Position numbers and translations under genes: made by a program. From contig OX597817.1 of NCBI GenBank assembly GCA_951406725.2, positions 50,716,001-50,780,000 of the forward strand: 64,000 nucleotides of DNA, given 5' to 3'. Under the pieces are notes generated by a model. It was not told the DNA's origin and did no database searches. It worked only from the letters and a program-made list of their open reading frames with translations. How positions within the stretch are numbered: the first letter of the stretch is position 1; the number at the start of each line of letters is the position of its first letter. Origin of the DNA: Octopus vulgaris. Lineage: Eukaryota. Below are positions 1-14,224 of the stretch, one piece after another.

Positions 1-39
1 TATATGTATGTATATATGCATGTATATATATATACATAC

Positions 40-119
<80 letters not shown>

Positions 120-270
120 ATACACGCATATACACACACATGCGTGTAATAAGCGTATATCTATATGAATGTGCCTATATAGATTTGTATGTATGAAGGT
201 GTGTATTCATGTGTGCGTGTGTTCGTATGTGTACGTGCGTCTGTATACGTATGCTTGCCTGTATTTAAGG

Positions 271-352
271 CATGCAAATCGTACTTCAGTTGCATAAGCA
301 AATGCCAATAACATGCAAATCGTACTTCAGTTGCATAAGCAAATGCCAATAA
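271..352 (+). repeat. Perfect 41-bp tandem duplication containing octamer ATGCAAAT
   Basis: catgcaaatcgtacttcagttgcataagcaaatgccaataa occurs at 271-311 and 312-352. Confidence 0.9.
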
Positions 353-663
353 CATGCCAGCTTTTAATAAATGTTTTTCACATTTATGAAAGATACAAAT
401 CGAAAGTAGGAACAAACACTCGCTGTGCACCTTACGGCAATTACATTTTCGCGTTTCCCTTATGACATGCCCAGAAGAATTAAGCGTTGTGGAAAATACA
501 CATATATTGTATTTATTCGGGTATAACTTTTATATTGCGTATAAAGTTGCAAGGAAAAAATCACGGCTTGCAGGGTGGGTGAGATTTATGCATGAGTCTA
601 AGAAATGTTGAATTATGAATGTTTGGTGGCAACTTCAAAATGAAATCAGTATTGTGCGACTTA

Positions 664-1145
664 TCTTAATATATATAAAATTGAAATTGTGTGTAAAAGA
701 ATTTAATGTACAGCAGTAACTTCTACATCTTTCATCCGATTTCTTTAAAAATTTTATACACAACGGCTTCATATTCCTGACTCGGACATAGGCTACTTAG
801 CTTTTTTAAAAAAAAACTCGATATTGGGGCCTCTAGAGCAAACCCAATAAGGTAAATATTTACAAGTACATCCCCATGATTTTCAACACAAAAAAAAAAA
901 AAAGATTTTTCGCGTGGAATCAACTTCCCCGACCTGCTACTTTTCTGTTGATCCCTTATTTCGGTGGTTCGGAAAAAAATGGGGGTGCGGGACGTCCCGG
1001 ATTTTTTGGAAATTTTTTTTTCGTAGAATGAATTACGGTGAGCTCTTAATATGCCACAAAACCCTGTTTTTGTCAGGAAAACAGTGGGTGGGGGTGTAAA
1101 CCTCGAAAATTTCACGAAAACCCCTCCAAGTTTCACAGGCAAAAG
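664..1145 (+). mobile_element. Non-autonomous Helitron-like element, 5' part
   Basis: Starts a|TCttaatatatataaaattg..tgtgtg..ccgatttctttaaaatttt, like the intact Helitrons at 22219 and 32190. No 3' CTAG end found, so the right boundary is uncertain. Confidence 0.45.
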
Positions 1146-1951
1146 ATAACAAAAGAATAGTGTACGGGTAAGTTTTACTCAACAAAGTCAGTGCAGTGTG
1201 ACTAAGAAGATCTGGCTTCTATGTCTAACAAGACGTGTGCAACTGGAAAGGCTCCATTGTCAACAAGGAATAACCCTCGAGTAAATATTTGCCAAAAAAA
1301 TGTTCCCTGTGGAATTTAAAATGTATATAATCAGTATGTTTTCCTTATTAAAACGGAATTGGTTTGAAGTGTTTCCAATGCATTGATAGAGAGGGTACGT
1401 TATTATTTTACACATTACTTAATCATTGTTATATGTCTTATCTTATATTTAATCTTTCTATAATATATAATTTTTCTTAATGGTATAACTTAATTTTTCA
1501 TAATTGAATTGATGAAAGGTGGCTTTATTCTAATTTATATATCTATATATATATTACATTGTGTGAAATTTGATTTAGTATTTCTAAATTTAATTTTTCC
1601 CTATAAGTTTGGAATAATATTCCCTCATATGATTATTATTATCATATATATATACATATATATATGTATATATATATACATACATATATATATATATATA
1701 CACATATATATATATATATATATGCATATATGCATACACACATATATATATATATACAATATATATATATATATATATATAATATATATATACATATTTA
1801 CATATATATACATATACATATATAAATATGCATATATAAGTACATACATATAAAAATATAGATATATACGTACATACCTATATATATATAAATATACATA
1901 TATACATATATATATATTCATATACATATATAAATATACGTATATACATAA

Positions 1952-2005
<54 letters not shown>

Positions 2006-2519
2006 ATACATTCATACGCATATATACACTTGCAGATATCGGCATACATAGATATGTATGCACACATACGCAGATACACACACACACACACACACACCGA
2101 CGGTAGTGTGCTGCACGTATATTTTGTGTGGCCGTGTGTGCGTGTGTCTGCCTGTCTCTCGCAGCTTCTTGCAGAGAACCAGATTACGTAGACCTGCTGA
2201 TGCACTCTTCCACACGCAGATACCTATTATATATAGATATATATATGTAAAGGCATGTCTTTTATACGTTTGTTTTTCACGGGTAACATACTTATAATAC
2301 GTTCGCTGTTTGTCTTCGCTGCATACACGCATGGGTTTCATTGAATTTATTTTTATGTGTTTGTGTCTTATGTTTATAGATATGCTTCCCCCACCCACTC
2401 TTTTGTTGTTGTTTTTTCTCTTTTCTGTTTACAGAGCGGGAGAGCGAAATTTAAGATGAATCGATAAAGGAAAACACGGAAAGTTTTCAACGTTTAACTT
2501 AACAATGTCAACTGTAAAT

Positions 2520-2917
2520 GCACCACCGCCACCACCACCAACACCACCATTATTGTCATTGCTGTCGTCATCATCATCATAACCGTCTTTCCCTTCTTCT
2601 TCTTCTTCTTCTTCTTCTTCTTCTTCTTCTTCTTCTTCTTCTTCTTCTTCTTCTTCACCTCCTGCTCGTCCTTCTAGCACCACCACCACCACCACCACTA
2701 TTACTACTACTGCTGCTGCTACTGCTACTGCTACTACTACTCCAGTCATTCCAACATGAACGACACCAGCGGCAACAACAACTACTACTACTGATATCAC
2801 ACTAGTTGCTGCTACTGCTACTGCTGCTGCTGCTGCTGCAACTTCAACTACTACCACTGCTATGGTCACTACTCCTGCTCTTACTACTGCTGCTGCTGCC
2901 ATTACTAGTACTGCTGT

Positions 2918-2963
<46 letters not shown>

Positions 2964-2997
2964 GCTCCAATCAGTCCCACAAGAACGACAACGGCGT

Positions 2998-3028
<31 letters not shown>

Positions 3029-3210
3029 GTTAGCACCTGTTTCCCCCCTACCCCCCTATCAAGGACATCTCCATTTCTCTGATGTTTTCATCACCACCCT
3101 CTCCAGGAATACCACAAACTTCTTTAGACGCTATTACCACCTCGCAAATACCACCACCACCACCACCACAACAACAACAAAAACAACAACAACTGCAACA
3201 ACAACAAACA
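2520..3210. repeat. Compound trinucleotide low-complexity tract (CAC/TCA/TTC/ACT/GCT/AAC)
   Basis: Direct reading. In-frame stops at 2580 and 2757 interrupt the Thr/Ser-rich frame. Confidence 0.9.
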
Positions 3211-3351
3211 CTCCATCTATATCACCAGCGGCAACACATAAACAAGCTATTACGTTTATAAACACTACCAGGAAGTCTTCTCCTGCGTGGTAAACCGATC
3301 TGTCAGAAATAGTGACTAAATACCTTCAAAGTATAATCGTATCGTCTAAAA

Positions 3352-3708
3352 CATAAGTTCTCAAAGCGGGCGCTACCGCCCCCCCCCCTCCCCGGTGGGC
3401 GTTGAGACGGTCCAGGTGAGGGCTGGCGCCTAAGTGGTGGTGAGGGGTTGTCGAGAAAACGGAGGCGTTGTGAGGAAGGATGTAAATTGAGGGACGCTAT
3501 AAATTTAAAAAATATTATTATAGTATTGTATACAAGGCGTAGGAGTAGCTGTGTGATAAGTAGCTTGTTTACCAACCACATGGTTCCGGGTTCAGTCCCA
3601 CTGCGTGGCACCTTGGGCAAGTGTCTTCTACTATAGCCTCGGGTCGACCAAAGCCTTGTGAGTGGATTTGGTAGACGGAAACTGAAAGAAGACCGTAGTA
3701 TGTATGTG

Positions 3709-3785
<77 letters not shown>

Positions 3786-4106
3786 TTGTCTCCCAGCATC
3801 GCTTGGCAACCGATGCTGGTGTGTTTACGTCCCCGTAACTCAGCGGTTCGGCAAAAGATGCCGATAGAATAAGTACTAGGCTTACAAAGAATAAGTCCTG
3901 GGGTCGATTTGCTCGACTAAAGGCGGTGTTCCAGCATGGCCACTGTCAAATGACTGAAACAAGTAAAAGAGTAAGTTATATTAAATATCAAATGATTCTT
4001 AATATATATAAATTAGTAGAATATAAAATATTTATTTATACCTGAAAATCGGGATTATGTGGCCATGGAGGGGCGGTCGGTGGCCCCAAATGTTTGAGAA
4101 CCTCTG
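3352..4106. mobile_element. hAT/Charlie-like MITE with a nested SINE
   Basis: Ends cataagttctcaaa / tttgagaacctctg. The 8-bp flanks gtctaaaa / atctacaa resemble the Charlie NTCTAGAN target duplication. A related end lies at 18330-18427. Confidence 0.6.
3535..3975 (+). mobile_element. tRNA-derived CORE-like SINE with internal (TA)n(TG)n
   Basis: A-box tagctgtgtga, B-box ggttcagtccc, core-like ccttgggcaagtgtctt, 3' end gaaacaagtaaaagagtaa. Many copies in the window. Confidence 0.85.
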
Positions 4107-4169
4107 ATCTACAAAAATAAAAGGCCGTCTTAACAACATAGTTTCTCTAATTATTTTATTATATTTTTA

Positions 4170-4232
4170 CCTGTGGTGGAGAAAAATGTTTCGTGGCTCC
4201 GCAATAGGAACGTTGGATCCTTGATCGCATCA
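4170..4232 (-). CDS. Candidate short first coding exon (MMRSRIQRSYCGATKHFSPPQ)
   Basis: caaaATG context, CAG|gtaaaa donor, CT/CA-rich upstream region. No homology recognised. Confidence 0.2.
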
Positions 4233-4747
4233 TTTTGGAGGAAGAGAGAGAGGACGACAGAAGAAGAGCGAGAAGTAGATTGAGAGAGAGAGGAAGAGAC
4301 AGCTAGACAGAGGATGAATGTGTATGTGTGTGTGAGTGAAAGACTGAGAGAGAGAGGGATAGAGAGCGAGAGAGTGTGTGTGTGTGTGTGTGCGATCGAG
4401 AAAGCAGAGGGAGTGAGTCGGGTGGTGGAGGATAGAGAGAAGAAGAAGAAGTGTTGGAGGAGAAGAAAGGATGAGGAGTTGAAAAAATACGCGCAAGCAT
4501 TTAAGGGTGAAGTTAGTGGTGAAGCAGCAGGATTCGAACTTAGAAAGCCAGTACAAAAACTGCAATGCACTCTGTCCAACGCTTTAACGTCCCTGCCGTT
4601 AGTTCACTACCTTCGCCTTACCTTTATATAATGTTTATAAAATGACGGGATGTTCACAGATGGAATACCTTCGATCGCAAATCTGCTCCGCCAAAAGTAA
4701 CTTAGGAGTGGATAAATGAAAATAACAACAATATTATTTCCCAATTA

Positions 4748-5103
4748 CGTGGTTCCGGGTTCAGTCCCACTGCGTGCCATCTTGGGCAAGTGTTTTCTAC
4801 TATAGCTTCGGACCGACCTAAGCCTTGTGAGTGGGTTTGGTAGACGGAAACTGAAAGAAGCCCGTCGTATATATGTATGTGTGTGTGTGTTTGTGTGTCT
4901 GTGTTTGTCCCCCCCCCCCAACATCGCTTGACAACCGAAGCTGGTGTGTTTACGTCCCCGTAACTTAGCGGTTCGGCAAAAGTGACGGATAGAATAAATA
5001 CTAGGCTTACCAAGAATAAGTCCTGTGGTCGATTTGCTCGACTAAAGGCGGTGCTCCAGCATGGCCGCAGTCAAATGACTGAAACAAGTAAAACAGTAAA
5101 AGA

Positions 5104-5105
<2 letters not shown>
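4748..5105 (+). mobile_element. CORE-like tRNA SINE, 5'-truncated (decayed 3' half follows at about 5170-5420)
   Basis: Near-identical to 3580-3970. Confidence 0.85.
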
Positions 5106-5143
<38 letters not shown>

Positions 5144-5767
5144 TTGTGTGTGTTTGTATGCGCGTGTATGGGACAGACAGCGGGAAAGAAAAAGAGAGAC
5201 TACCGTTAGGCACCGGTGTTGGTGTTGTTACATCCTCTTTAGTTAGTGGGTCAGCAGCGTGGAACGATAGCATAAGTACCAGTCTTCACAACAAATAAAT
5301 AAATTAATAAAAAAAATAAATAAGTACTATGGACAATTTTATTCGTCTAAAAGTTCAAGTCGGTGCCCCAGCATGGCCACAGTCTAATGCCTGTAACAAG
5401 ACAAATAAAAAGGTAAAAAGATTAAAAAAATAAAACTATTGCCACATCAGGAACGCAACAAACCTACCAGAAATCTTCAAGCATCACCGCAGCTTGCCGT
5501 GACAGCAACGTTATCGGCAAATACACTTAACTATTGTGATATCATTAGTTAGTACAGGTTGTATCTACCCCCCTCCTACGTCAATAAACATCGTCTATGA
5601 CAAAATCTACAACCGAACCGTTGACGCACACACACACACGTACATACGCGGGCGCGTACACGCATACACATACGCAGACGATACCGCCATCATCTTCACC
5701 GACACATTCTATCTGACAACCAAAAACTAAACGACAGTCCACACCTTTACAATAATAATTATTACAA

Positions 5768-6172
5768 AGGCGGCGAGCTGGCAGAGACGTTAGCACGCCG
5801 GGCGAAATACTTAGCGGTATTTCATCTGCCTTTACGTTCTGTGTTCAAATTCCGCCGAGGTCAACTATGTTTTTCATCCTTTCGGGGTCGATTAAATAAG
5901 TACCACTTACGCACTGGGGTCGATGTAGTTGGCTTAATCTGTTTGTCTGTCTTTGTTTGTCCCTTCGATGTTCAGCCCATTGTGGGCAATAAAGAAATAG
6001 GTATTTCGTCTTGCTTTACGTTCTGTGTTCAAATTCCGCCGAGGTCAACTTTGCTTTTCATCTTTTCGGAGTTGATAGATTAAGTACAAGTTCCGTACAG
6101 GGGTCGATCTAATCAACTGGCCACCCCCATTTCCAAAAATTTCGGGCCTTGTCGCTAGAGCAGAAAAGATTA
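5768..6172 (+). mobile_element. Nin/Deu-domain tRNA SINE dimer (head + tail-1 unit + tail-2 unit)
   Basis: Head ggcggcgagctggcagagacgttagc, B-box gttcaaattcc, Nin/Deu-like tttcatcctttcggggtcgattaaataagtacca, junction aagaaata|ggtatttcg at 5999. Confidence 0.85.
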
Positions 6173-6294
6173 ATAACTATAACAAACTCACGCCATCAGC
6201 GATTCTACGCAGTCGCTCGACTGTCTAAAGCAAGCAACCAAACTCCATCATTGATAAATAAATAAACAAATAAATAAATAAATAAATATGCATC

Positions 6295-6629
6295 AGGCAT
6301 AGCTGTGTGAATAAGAAGGCCGCTTTACGCTGCGAGCAGTTTCGGTTTCAGTTCCACTGCCTGTCATTTTGAACGGGGGTGGGTGGGGTCTTCTGCTGCA
6401 GCCCTGGGTGGATCAATGCCTTGTGGACGAATTTGGTAGATGGAAACTGTGTGGAAGCTCATCATTCCCTCCTCTCTCTCTCTCACACCCTCTGTATATA
6501 TATTTATATATACATGTGTGTGTATGTGTGTGTATACATATATATATATTTGTATCTATCTATATATATATATACATATATATATGTATATATGTATATG
6601 TAATACATATATATCATATATATCTATAC

Positions 6630-6660
<31 letters not shown>

Positions 6661-6872
6661 CGCCTTTTCTTTCTTTGCCCCTTCCCACCGCTTCGCAACC
6701 GCTGTTGGTTTGTTTGCATCCCCGTCACGTAACATAGCAGTTCGGCAAACAGACCGAAAGAGTAAGCATCAGACTTAAGTATTAAGTTCCTGTGTTATTT
6801 TGTTCGATTAACCGTTCAAGGCGGCACCCCAGCATGGCCGCAATCCATTGAGTGAAATAAATGAAAAAGATT
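6295..6872 (+). mobile_element. Diverged CORE-like tRNA SINE
   Basis: Same order of motifs as the 3535 copy, with an expanded internal microsatellite. Confidence 0.7.
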
Positions 6873-7289
6873 AAAACAGAAATGCAAACTGATTCCCACT
6901 GATGAATTAAAATAAACCACGATGGATAATGAGTTCCACCTGGGGTACCTGGTGTACATAGGGAAGGTGGAGATGGTCTTAGGAGGACTGCCTTTAATCA
7001 TAAGTTTGTTCAACCAGCTTTGGTCTGGAATTACAACAGTTACAAGTACCTGGGTAACCATTTCACAACCAGTAAAACATGCTAGCAATATGCTAAATGC
7101 TCACCCTATACTCTCTCAGACTATACTCCACAGCTGCAGGAGCTTCTATGTGGTCGCTCAGAACGCTAGAAATCACAGTTAATTTTCCACCAACACATGC
7201 ATCGCATAATATAAAGGAAAGGACACTCGCTGGTGCGATTCTATGTAAATGGAAAAATTGTTTAAATAATGGTAATAATAATAATGATT

Positions 7290-8110
7290 TCAAATTTTGG
7301 CACGAGGGGCAGCGATTTTGGTTGAGGTGGTAATTCGATTACGTCCGCCCCAGAACTCAAACGATACATATCTTAACGACCCCGAAAGAATGAAAGGAAA
7401 GTCCACTTCGACGGAATTTTAACTCAGAGCATAAGGACGGACAAAATGCCGCTTAGCATTTTTAGGTGCCAGCTGGCCATTTTAATAATGCTTTCATTTC
7501 TACATTAGGCACAAGGCCCTACAATTTTGGGGAGGGGGCTAGTCGATTAGATCGACCCAAGTATGTAACTGGTACTTGATTTATCGACCCCGAAAGGATG
7601 AAAGGCAAAGTCGATCTCGGCGGAATTTGAACTCAGAACGTAAAGACAGGCAAAATGCTTAGCAGACGAAAGCATTTCGCCCGGCGTGCTAACGTTTCTG
7701 CCAGCTCGCTGCCTTTTTCACTAATGCTTTCTGTTATAAGCACAAGGCCAGAAGATTGCAGGTGCTCAGCTGGTACTTATTTTATCGACCCCGAAATGAT
7801 GAAAGGCAAAATCGATTTCGGTGGAATTTGAACTCAGGACGTTGCGGCAGACGAACTACCACTAAGCATTTTGTCCGACATAGTAACTATTCTGCCAGCT
7901 TTAGTAATAAATATGATCATCTTTTCTGCTATAGGCACAAGGCCTGAAATATGAGGGGAGGGGTCAAGTCATGTTCATCGACCCCAGTGCTCACCTGGTA
8001 CTTAATTTATCGACCCCTAAAGGATGAAAGGCAAAGTCGACCTCGGTGGAATTTGAACTCAGAATGTGAAGTCAGAAGAAATGCCACAAAACATTTTATC
8101 CGACAAGATA
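7290..8110 (-). mobile_element. Cluster of four Nin/Deu SINE copies (tail-2 type)
   Basis: Variants of cgaccccgaaaggatgaaaggcaaagtcga..cggaatttgaactcag near 7380, 7585, 7785 and 8010. Confidence 0.8.
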
Positions 8111-8449
8111 AGGATACTAGCAGGTGAGGCAAGATGGTCACCGTTGGGAATGCATCGAATTCATGATGGATCATAGGATTAGAACTGACCCAAGTGTAAA
8201 CGAAAACAACTCTAATACTGCTCCCAAACATCCATCACCACAGCTGTTCCCGCCCCCTCATTGCCATCGCCATCAATAATAATAACAGCACCGACAACGA
8301 CAAGGATAAGTGCAGGATGAACGAACCAATATCCAAGGAATGACAGTAGCAAATCGATCGAGGGAGAAAAAAATATCATTTTAAAACAAACATGCTTTAT
8401 ATCACTGCTTAGAAAACGTGGGTGAGGTGACAGGAAATAAAAGAAAAAA

Positions 8450-8455
8450 GTATTA

Positions 8456-8492
<37 letters not shown>

Positions 8493-8518
8493 CATTATTA
8501 TTATCATTATTAATTTTA

Positions 8519-8549
<31 letters not shown>

Positions 8550-8655
8550 CATCATTATTATTATTATTATTATTATTATTACTACTACTACTACTACTAC
8601 TACTGCTACTTCAACTATTACTACTACCACTACTACTACTGCTACTATTACTACC

Positions 8656-8708
<53 letters not shown>

Positions 8709-8955
8709 AACTACTTCTATTACTACTGCCACTACTACTACTACTACTAACACTACCACTACTACTAACACCACCACCGCCACCACCACCACCACCACTA
8801 CTACTAATACCACTACTACTACCACCACTACCACTACTACTACTACCACTACTACCACTACTACTACTACCACTACTACTACTACTACTGCTACTACTAC
8901 TACTACCGCCACCACCACCACCACAACTACTACTACTACTACTACTACTACTACA
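8450..8955. repeat. (ATT)n-(ACT)n-(ACC)n compound microsatellite
   Basis: Direct reading. Confidence 0.95.
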
Positions 8956-9402
8956 CAGGAGGAGTGAATCCAACTGGTAACATAGTGAGCCTAAGTAAAA
9001 ACCCGCTTCTGTGAAAGTTTCGACCGTACTGTCGACTGACTGGCTGTTTGGCTGGTTGGCTGGATTTTCTTGCGCGTTGGTTGGTTGGCTGGCTGGCTGG
9101 TTGGTCGGTTGGTTAGCTGTAAGCCGAGCGATTGGTTTCGTTTTACTTCTACAACTCTGTTTAAACTATAAACAAATACATCGGTGCTACTCCTATCGCA
9201 CGGATCGCAACTTGGATTTGAAACACGAATAATTACAATACACACGTGTTTTCACTATTATTATTATTATTATCTTCCTCTCTCTTTCTCCCCCTCTCTC
9301 TCTCACACCTTCCCTCTCTCCTTCTTTCTTTCCTTCCTTTATTATTTTTTTTTCTTTGTTAAACACAATATAAAACATAAAAAGTTATATTTATTCACTT
9401 AC

Positions 9403-9440
9403 TGCCGGTGTTTATAATCAACGCAAAGAATTTTATACAC
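9403..9440 (-). other. Candidate 38-nt exon
   Basis: U-rich tract, then ttgcttcgtgcag|GTGTATAAAATTCTTTGCGTTGATTATAAACACCGGCA|gtaagtg. Both splice sites match consensus. Confidence 0.4.
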
Positions 9441-9769
9441 CTGCACGAAGCAAATTAATTTTAAAAAACACAAACAAACAAACAAACGTATTTTCGGGTA
9501 AGTAAAACGTACCCGATATTTCACTCTTTTCATTTGTAATAATTACTATTATTGTTTTTTTTTGACAATGTTATATGAAATTCTGTGTTTTTATTGTGAG
9601 GTATACTTGCCATCTCAAAATGTCTAACCCCTAAGGGTGGGTGTTACTGTAGCTTGTAGCCCCAGGAGAACATCGTCTCCAGCTGGCTTTAGGCACACTC
9701 GTTCAGAGATTTATTATTGTGTTTTTATTGTTGTACGGTTTTTATGATCAAAGATCACGAACTCGCGCT

Positions 9770-10240
<471 letters not shown>

Positions 10241-11119
10241 ATATAGAATTCTTTGTCTATTTTGTAACATACCGAAATGTAAACACACGCGCGCACTTAG
10301 GTGTGTGAGCGTCAGTCTGGCTATATGTGTGTGTATGTGTGTTCGTGTCTACGCGCGCGCGCGTGTGTGTAAGCAAAATGCAAATATTTTACTAAGTTCT
10401 TTAGTCTTATGTATCCGGTTCACTTAATCACATCCTTAGTTTATTTTTTTACAACCTACACAAATACACAAAACCTACACGCACACACATGCTCACACAC
10501 ACACATACACACACATATATATATTTATATATATTTGTAAGCATAAATGTAGATATCAAATACAAATCTCTCGGCCCTTGAGTAACTTTTGCCGATTCAA
10601 TTTACAATATATATCCAATGTTTTGAGTTCCAATTTCCGTTTCAAATCACAAAACACACACACACACAGACACACACACACACACACACACACAGACTCA
10701 CACACATGGCACTCCGAAAGAAAATTGTCCACCCCGCTGTGCTCAACTCGGAAAATGGCTAACCCTTAAATCCCCTAATTCATATCATTGAAACTAACGA
10801 AACTTATTCCTTGTTATAGAACTAAATTACAAAAGTTCCAAAATTAAATTTAATTGACATGGAGTTTCAAAAGAATCTACAAAATTTTGGTGATAAAATT
10901 TTAGAATACTATATCGAACATGTGTGTTTTAAAAGTGACAACCTTATTGTTTGTAATTAGCACCGGGTCAGCTCTGATCCATTCCAGCCGTGACTACCTC
11001 GGACTACATTTCAAAATAGCTTTCTTATTTATGATGGTTGTGTAGGAAGTAATTTGAGTGAGATTTGCCTGTTATTTCTATTACGGAGGGTGGTCGCGTT
11101 CAGAGATGTTCATTAGATT

Positions 11120-11510
11120 GATGGCGTTGGTGGTGGTGATATTTTTTTTTATCAATGGTAGTAGCTGAGACGACAGAACTGGATGTGGTGGTGGTGGTGG
11201 TGGTGGTGGTTGGGATCGTGATGGTGGTGATTGCGATGGTTTCGAGGTTGTTTTTGGTGATGCTTGTGGTAGTGATGATAGTGATGAGGAGGGGGATGGG
11301 GAGGGCGGTGGCGGTGGTGGTGATGATGGTGGTGGTGGTGGTGGTGATGATGATGATGGTGGTGGTGGTGGTGGTGATGATGGTGATGAGGATGATGATG
11401 ATGGTGACGGTGATGATAGTAATGATTGACTGATAGTGTAGCTAATTGCAGTACATGCGGTGTAGATGGTGGGGGTGGGGTGGTAGTGGTGGCGGCGGCG
11501 GTGGTGATGC
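11120..11510. repeat. (GGT/GAT)n trinucleotide low-complexity tract
   Basis: Direct reading. Confidence 0.9.
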
Positions 11511-12057
11511 GTGAAAGTTCTCTCATCTTGACCCCTCCACCCAAGAAATAACAAACACCCACTCATTTTGTTGTCACCTACCGATTCCACACATTACGAT
11601 ATCCTTCCTCAAGAATGTCGAGATGGGGGGGGGGGATCCGTTTATGTTTGTGTGTACGTCTGTGTGAGGGAGAGGGAAAGGGAGAGAGAGAGTGTGTGTA
11701 CGTGTGTGTGTGCGGCTGCGAGAGAGACAGTGAGAGAAAGAGTGTGTGTGTGCGTGCGAGAGGGACAGAGAGAGTGAGTGAGTGAGAGAGTGCGTGTGTG
11801 CGTGTATGTGTGTGTGTGTGAGAGAGAAAGAGAGTGAGAGAGAAAGAGAGTGAGAGAGAGAGAGAGTGTGTGTGTGTAAAGCCCACTTGTCAGTTGCTTA
11901 GACCTACTTTCACTTTGACTCGATACAAACACCCAATAATGAAAGTAAAAAACTTATTTTTATGTCCTTTTGCGCGAGGACCACAATGAAGTTAAATATT
12001 CCTTCGAAACAAATCATTTCAATTAGTCTATCATTTTATCATCTACTCATATTTTAG

Positions 12058-12432
12058 GCTCTGAGATGGCAGACACGTAATGCTGTGAGGTATTTCAACA
12101 GTCTCTTTACGTTCTGGGTTCAAATTCGGTCGACTTGCATTTCGTCCTTCCGAGGTCGATAAAATAAGTATCAAATATGCTGCCTTTGTGGCAAAATCTG
12201 AAACCATTATTATTATTATTATTGTTATTATGGCGACGAGGTGGAAGAATCGTTAGCACATCGCACCAGTTGCTTACTGACAGTTCGTTCGTCTAGATAG
12301 GTTTTGGGTTCAAATTCCGCCGAAGTCAACTTTCGGATCGATAATATTAAGTACCAGTGAAACACTGGGGCCGATGTAATCGACTAGTCCCCTCCCCCAC
12401 AAATTTCAGGCCTTGCGCCTTTAGTTAAAAGG

Positions 12433-12519
<87 letters not shown>

Positions 12520-12732
12520 GCGGCGAGCTGGCAGAAACGTTAGCACGCTGGACGAAACGCTTAGTGCTATTTTGTTCGCCGCTACGTTCTGAGTTCAAAT
12601 TCCGTCGAAGTCGACTTTGCCTTTCATCCTTTCGGGGTCGATAAATTAAGCACCAGTGAAACACTAGGGACGATGTAATCGACTAGTTCCCTTCCCCAAA
12701 TTTCAGGCCTTACGCATTTAGTAGAAATAATT
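12058..12732 (+). mobile_element. Three consecutive Nin/Deu SINE copies separated by (ATT)n tails
   Basis: Heads near 12058, 12232 and 12520; tails run into attattatt. Confidence 0.8.
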
Positions 12733-13084
12733 ATTCATAACACTCGAGCAATATTTTTAATTGACGATCTTTTGTAATACTCAGACCTTTCCCAATGTGG
12801 AACTATTATTTATCTCTTATCATTTAATTGTTTCTGCCACTGGTCTGCACCTGGATGCTGGAGCATCGCCTTCACTTATATTTTCCTTGAACTTGGTACT
12901 TATTCTATCGGTTTTTTTATTGCCGAACCGCTAAGTGACGCGGTCGCAAACAAGTCAATGCTGGTTGTCACGTAGTGATGGGAAACAAACACAAAGCGAC
13001 ACACACTGATAGGTATATACGCATCCTCCACATACATATATATGTACACACACACACACACACAAATATATATATATAAATATA

Positions 13085-13442
13085 TCGTCGTGGCACTCCG
13101 TCGGTTACGACGACGAGGGTTCCAGTTGATCCGATCAACGGAACAGCCTGCTTGTGAAATCAAACGTGCAAGTGGCTGAGCACTCCATAGACACCTGCAC
13201 CCTTAACGTAGTTCTCGGGGAGATTCAGCATGACACAGAGTGTGACGAGGCTGTCCCTTTGAAATACGGGTACAACAGAAAGAGGAAGAAAGAGTGAGAG
13301 AAAGTTGTGTTGAAAGAATACAGCAGAGTTCACCACCAACCCCTGCCGGAGCCTCGTGGAGTTTTTTGGTGTTTTCGCTCAATAAACACTTACAACGCCC
13401 ATTCTGGGAATCGAGCGAGACCGCCGGGCCATTGCACCTCCA
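13085..13442 (-). mobile_element. tRNA-derived SINE, body A + tail T1 (RTE-like 3' stem-loop)
   Basis: Head tggaggtgcaatggccc, body gtgtttattgagcgaaaacacc..gctccggcagggg, tail ending accctcgtcgtcgtaaccgacggagtgcca. Confidence 0.8.
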
Positions 13443-13469
13443 AATATATATATATATATATATATATAG

Positions 13470-13508
<39 letters not shown>

Positions 13509-14147
13509 TACATACACACACACATACACACATACGCAATATCTATCTATGCATATATGTATATTTCCGCCTACGAAATCCACTCACAATGTTTTGGACG
13601 GCCCGCAGCTGTAGCAGGAAGCTAGAATGCAACGGTACTGAACCTGGGACTGTGTGGTTAGGAAGGAAAATGTTTACCCCACTGCTACGCCTGCATTATT
13701 ATATTATATGTTTTTTTTTGTTTTTTTTAAATTATTTATTCCGGGAATCCCTTCGGTGTTTCTGCTTAAAACCTAATTATAACTAATTAAAAGTTGTAAC
13801 TACAAATGTGGGCACAGAAATATTAATCAACGCTTCTAGAATTCACAATTACTTTAAACAAATAATCATAAACGTACAAAACGAAGAATAAAACGGTATA
13901 CCAAAATACTGGCTCATCATTAAACACCCAAAATATATTCCAGAATATCGACACGACCCGAACGTTGTATTTTATTTAGAATGCCACACAGGCCCTCCAG
14001 AAAGCAGCAGGGTACCCATGGATTTAGCATGCCATTTCTAAATGATTTAGAGGCATTATTAAAGAGATACAATGATTTTGTCCATTATTAGGTCGGTATC
14101 ACGATCTCATCTTTCTTGGATATACTACAGCGTTTCTCCCAGGGCTG

Positions 14148-14224
<77 letters not shown>

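Noticed and set aside
2505-3293. Mucin-like Thr/Ser-rich exon after a good acceptor at 2434
   Set aside because: It has two in-frame stops and a pure trinucleotide-slippage structure like other non-coding tracts in the window.
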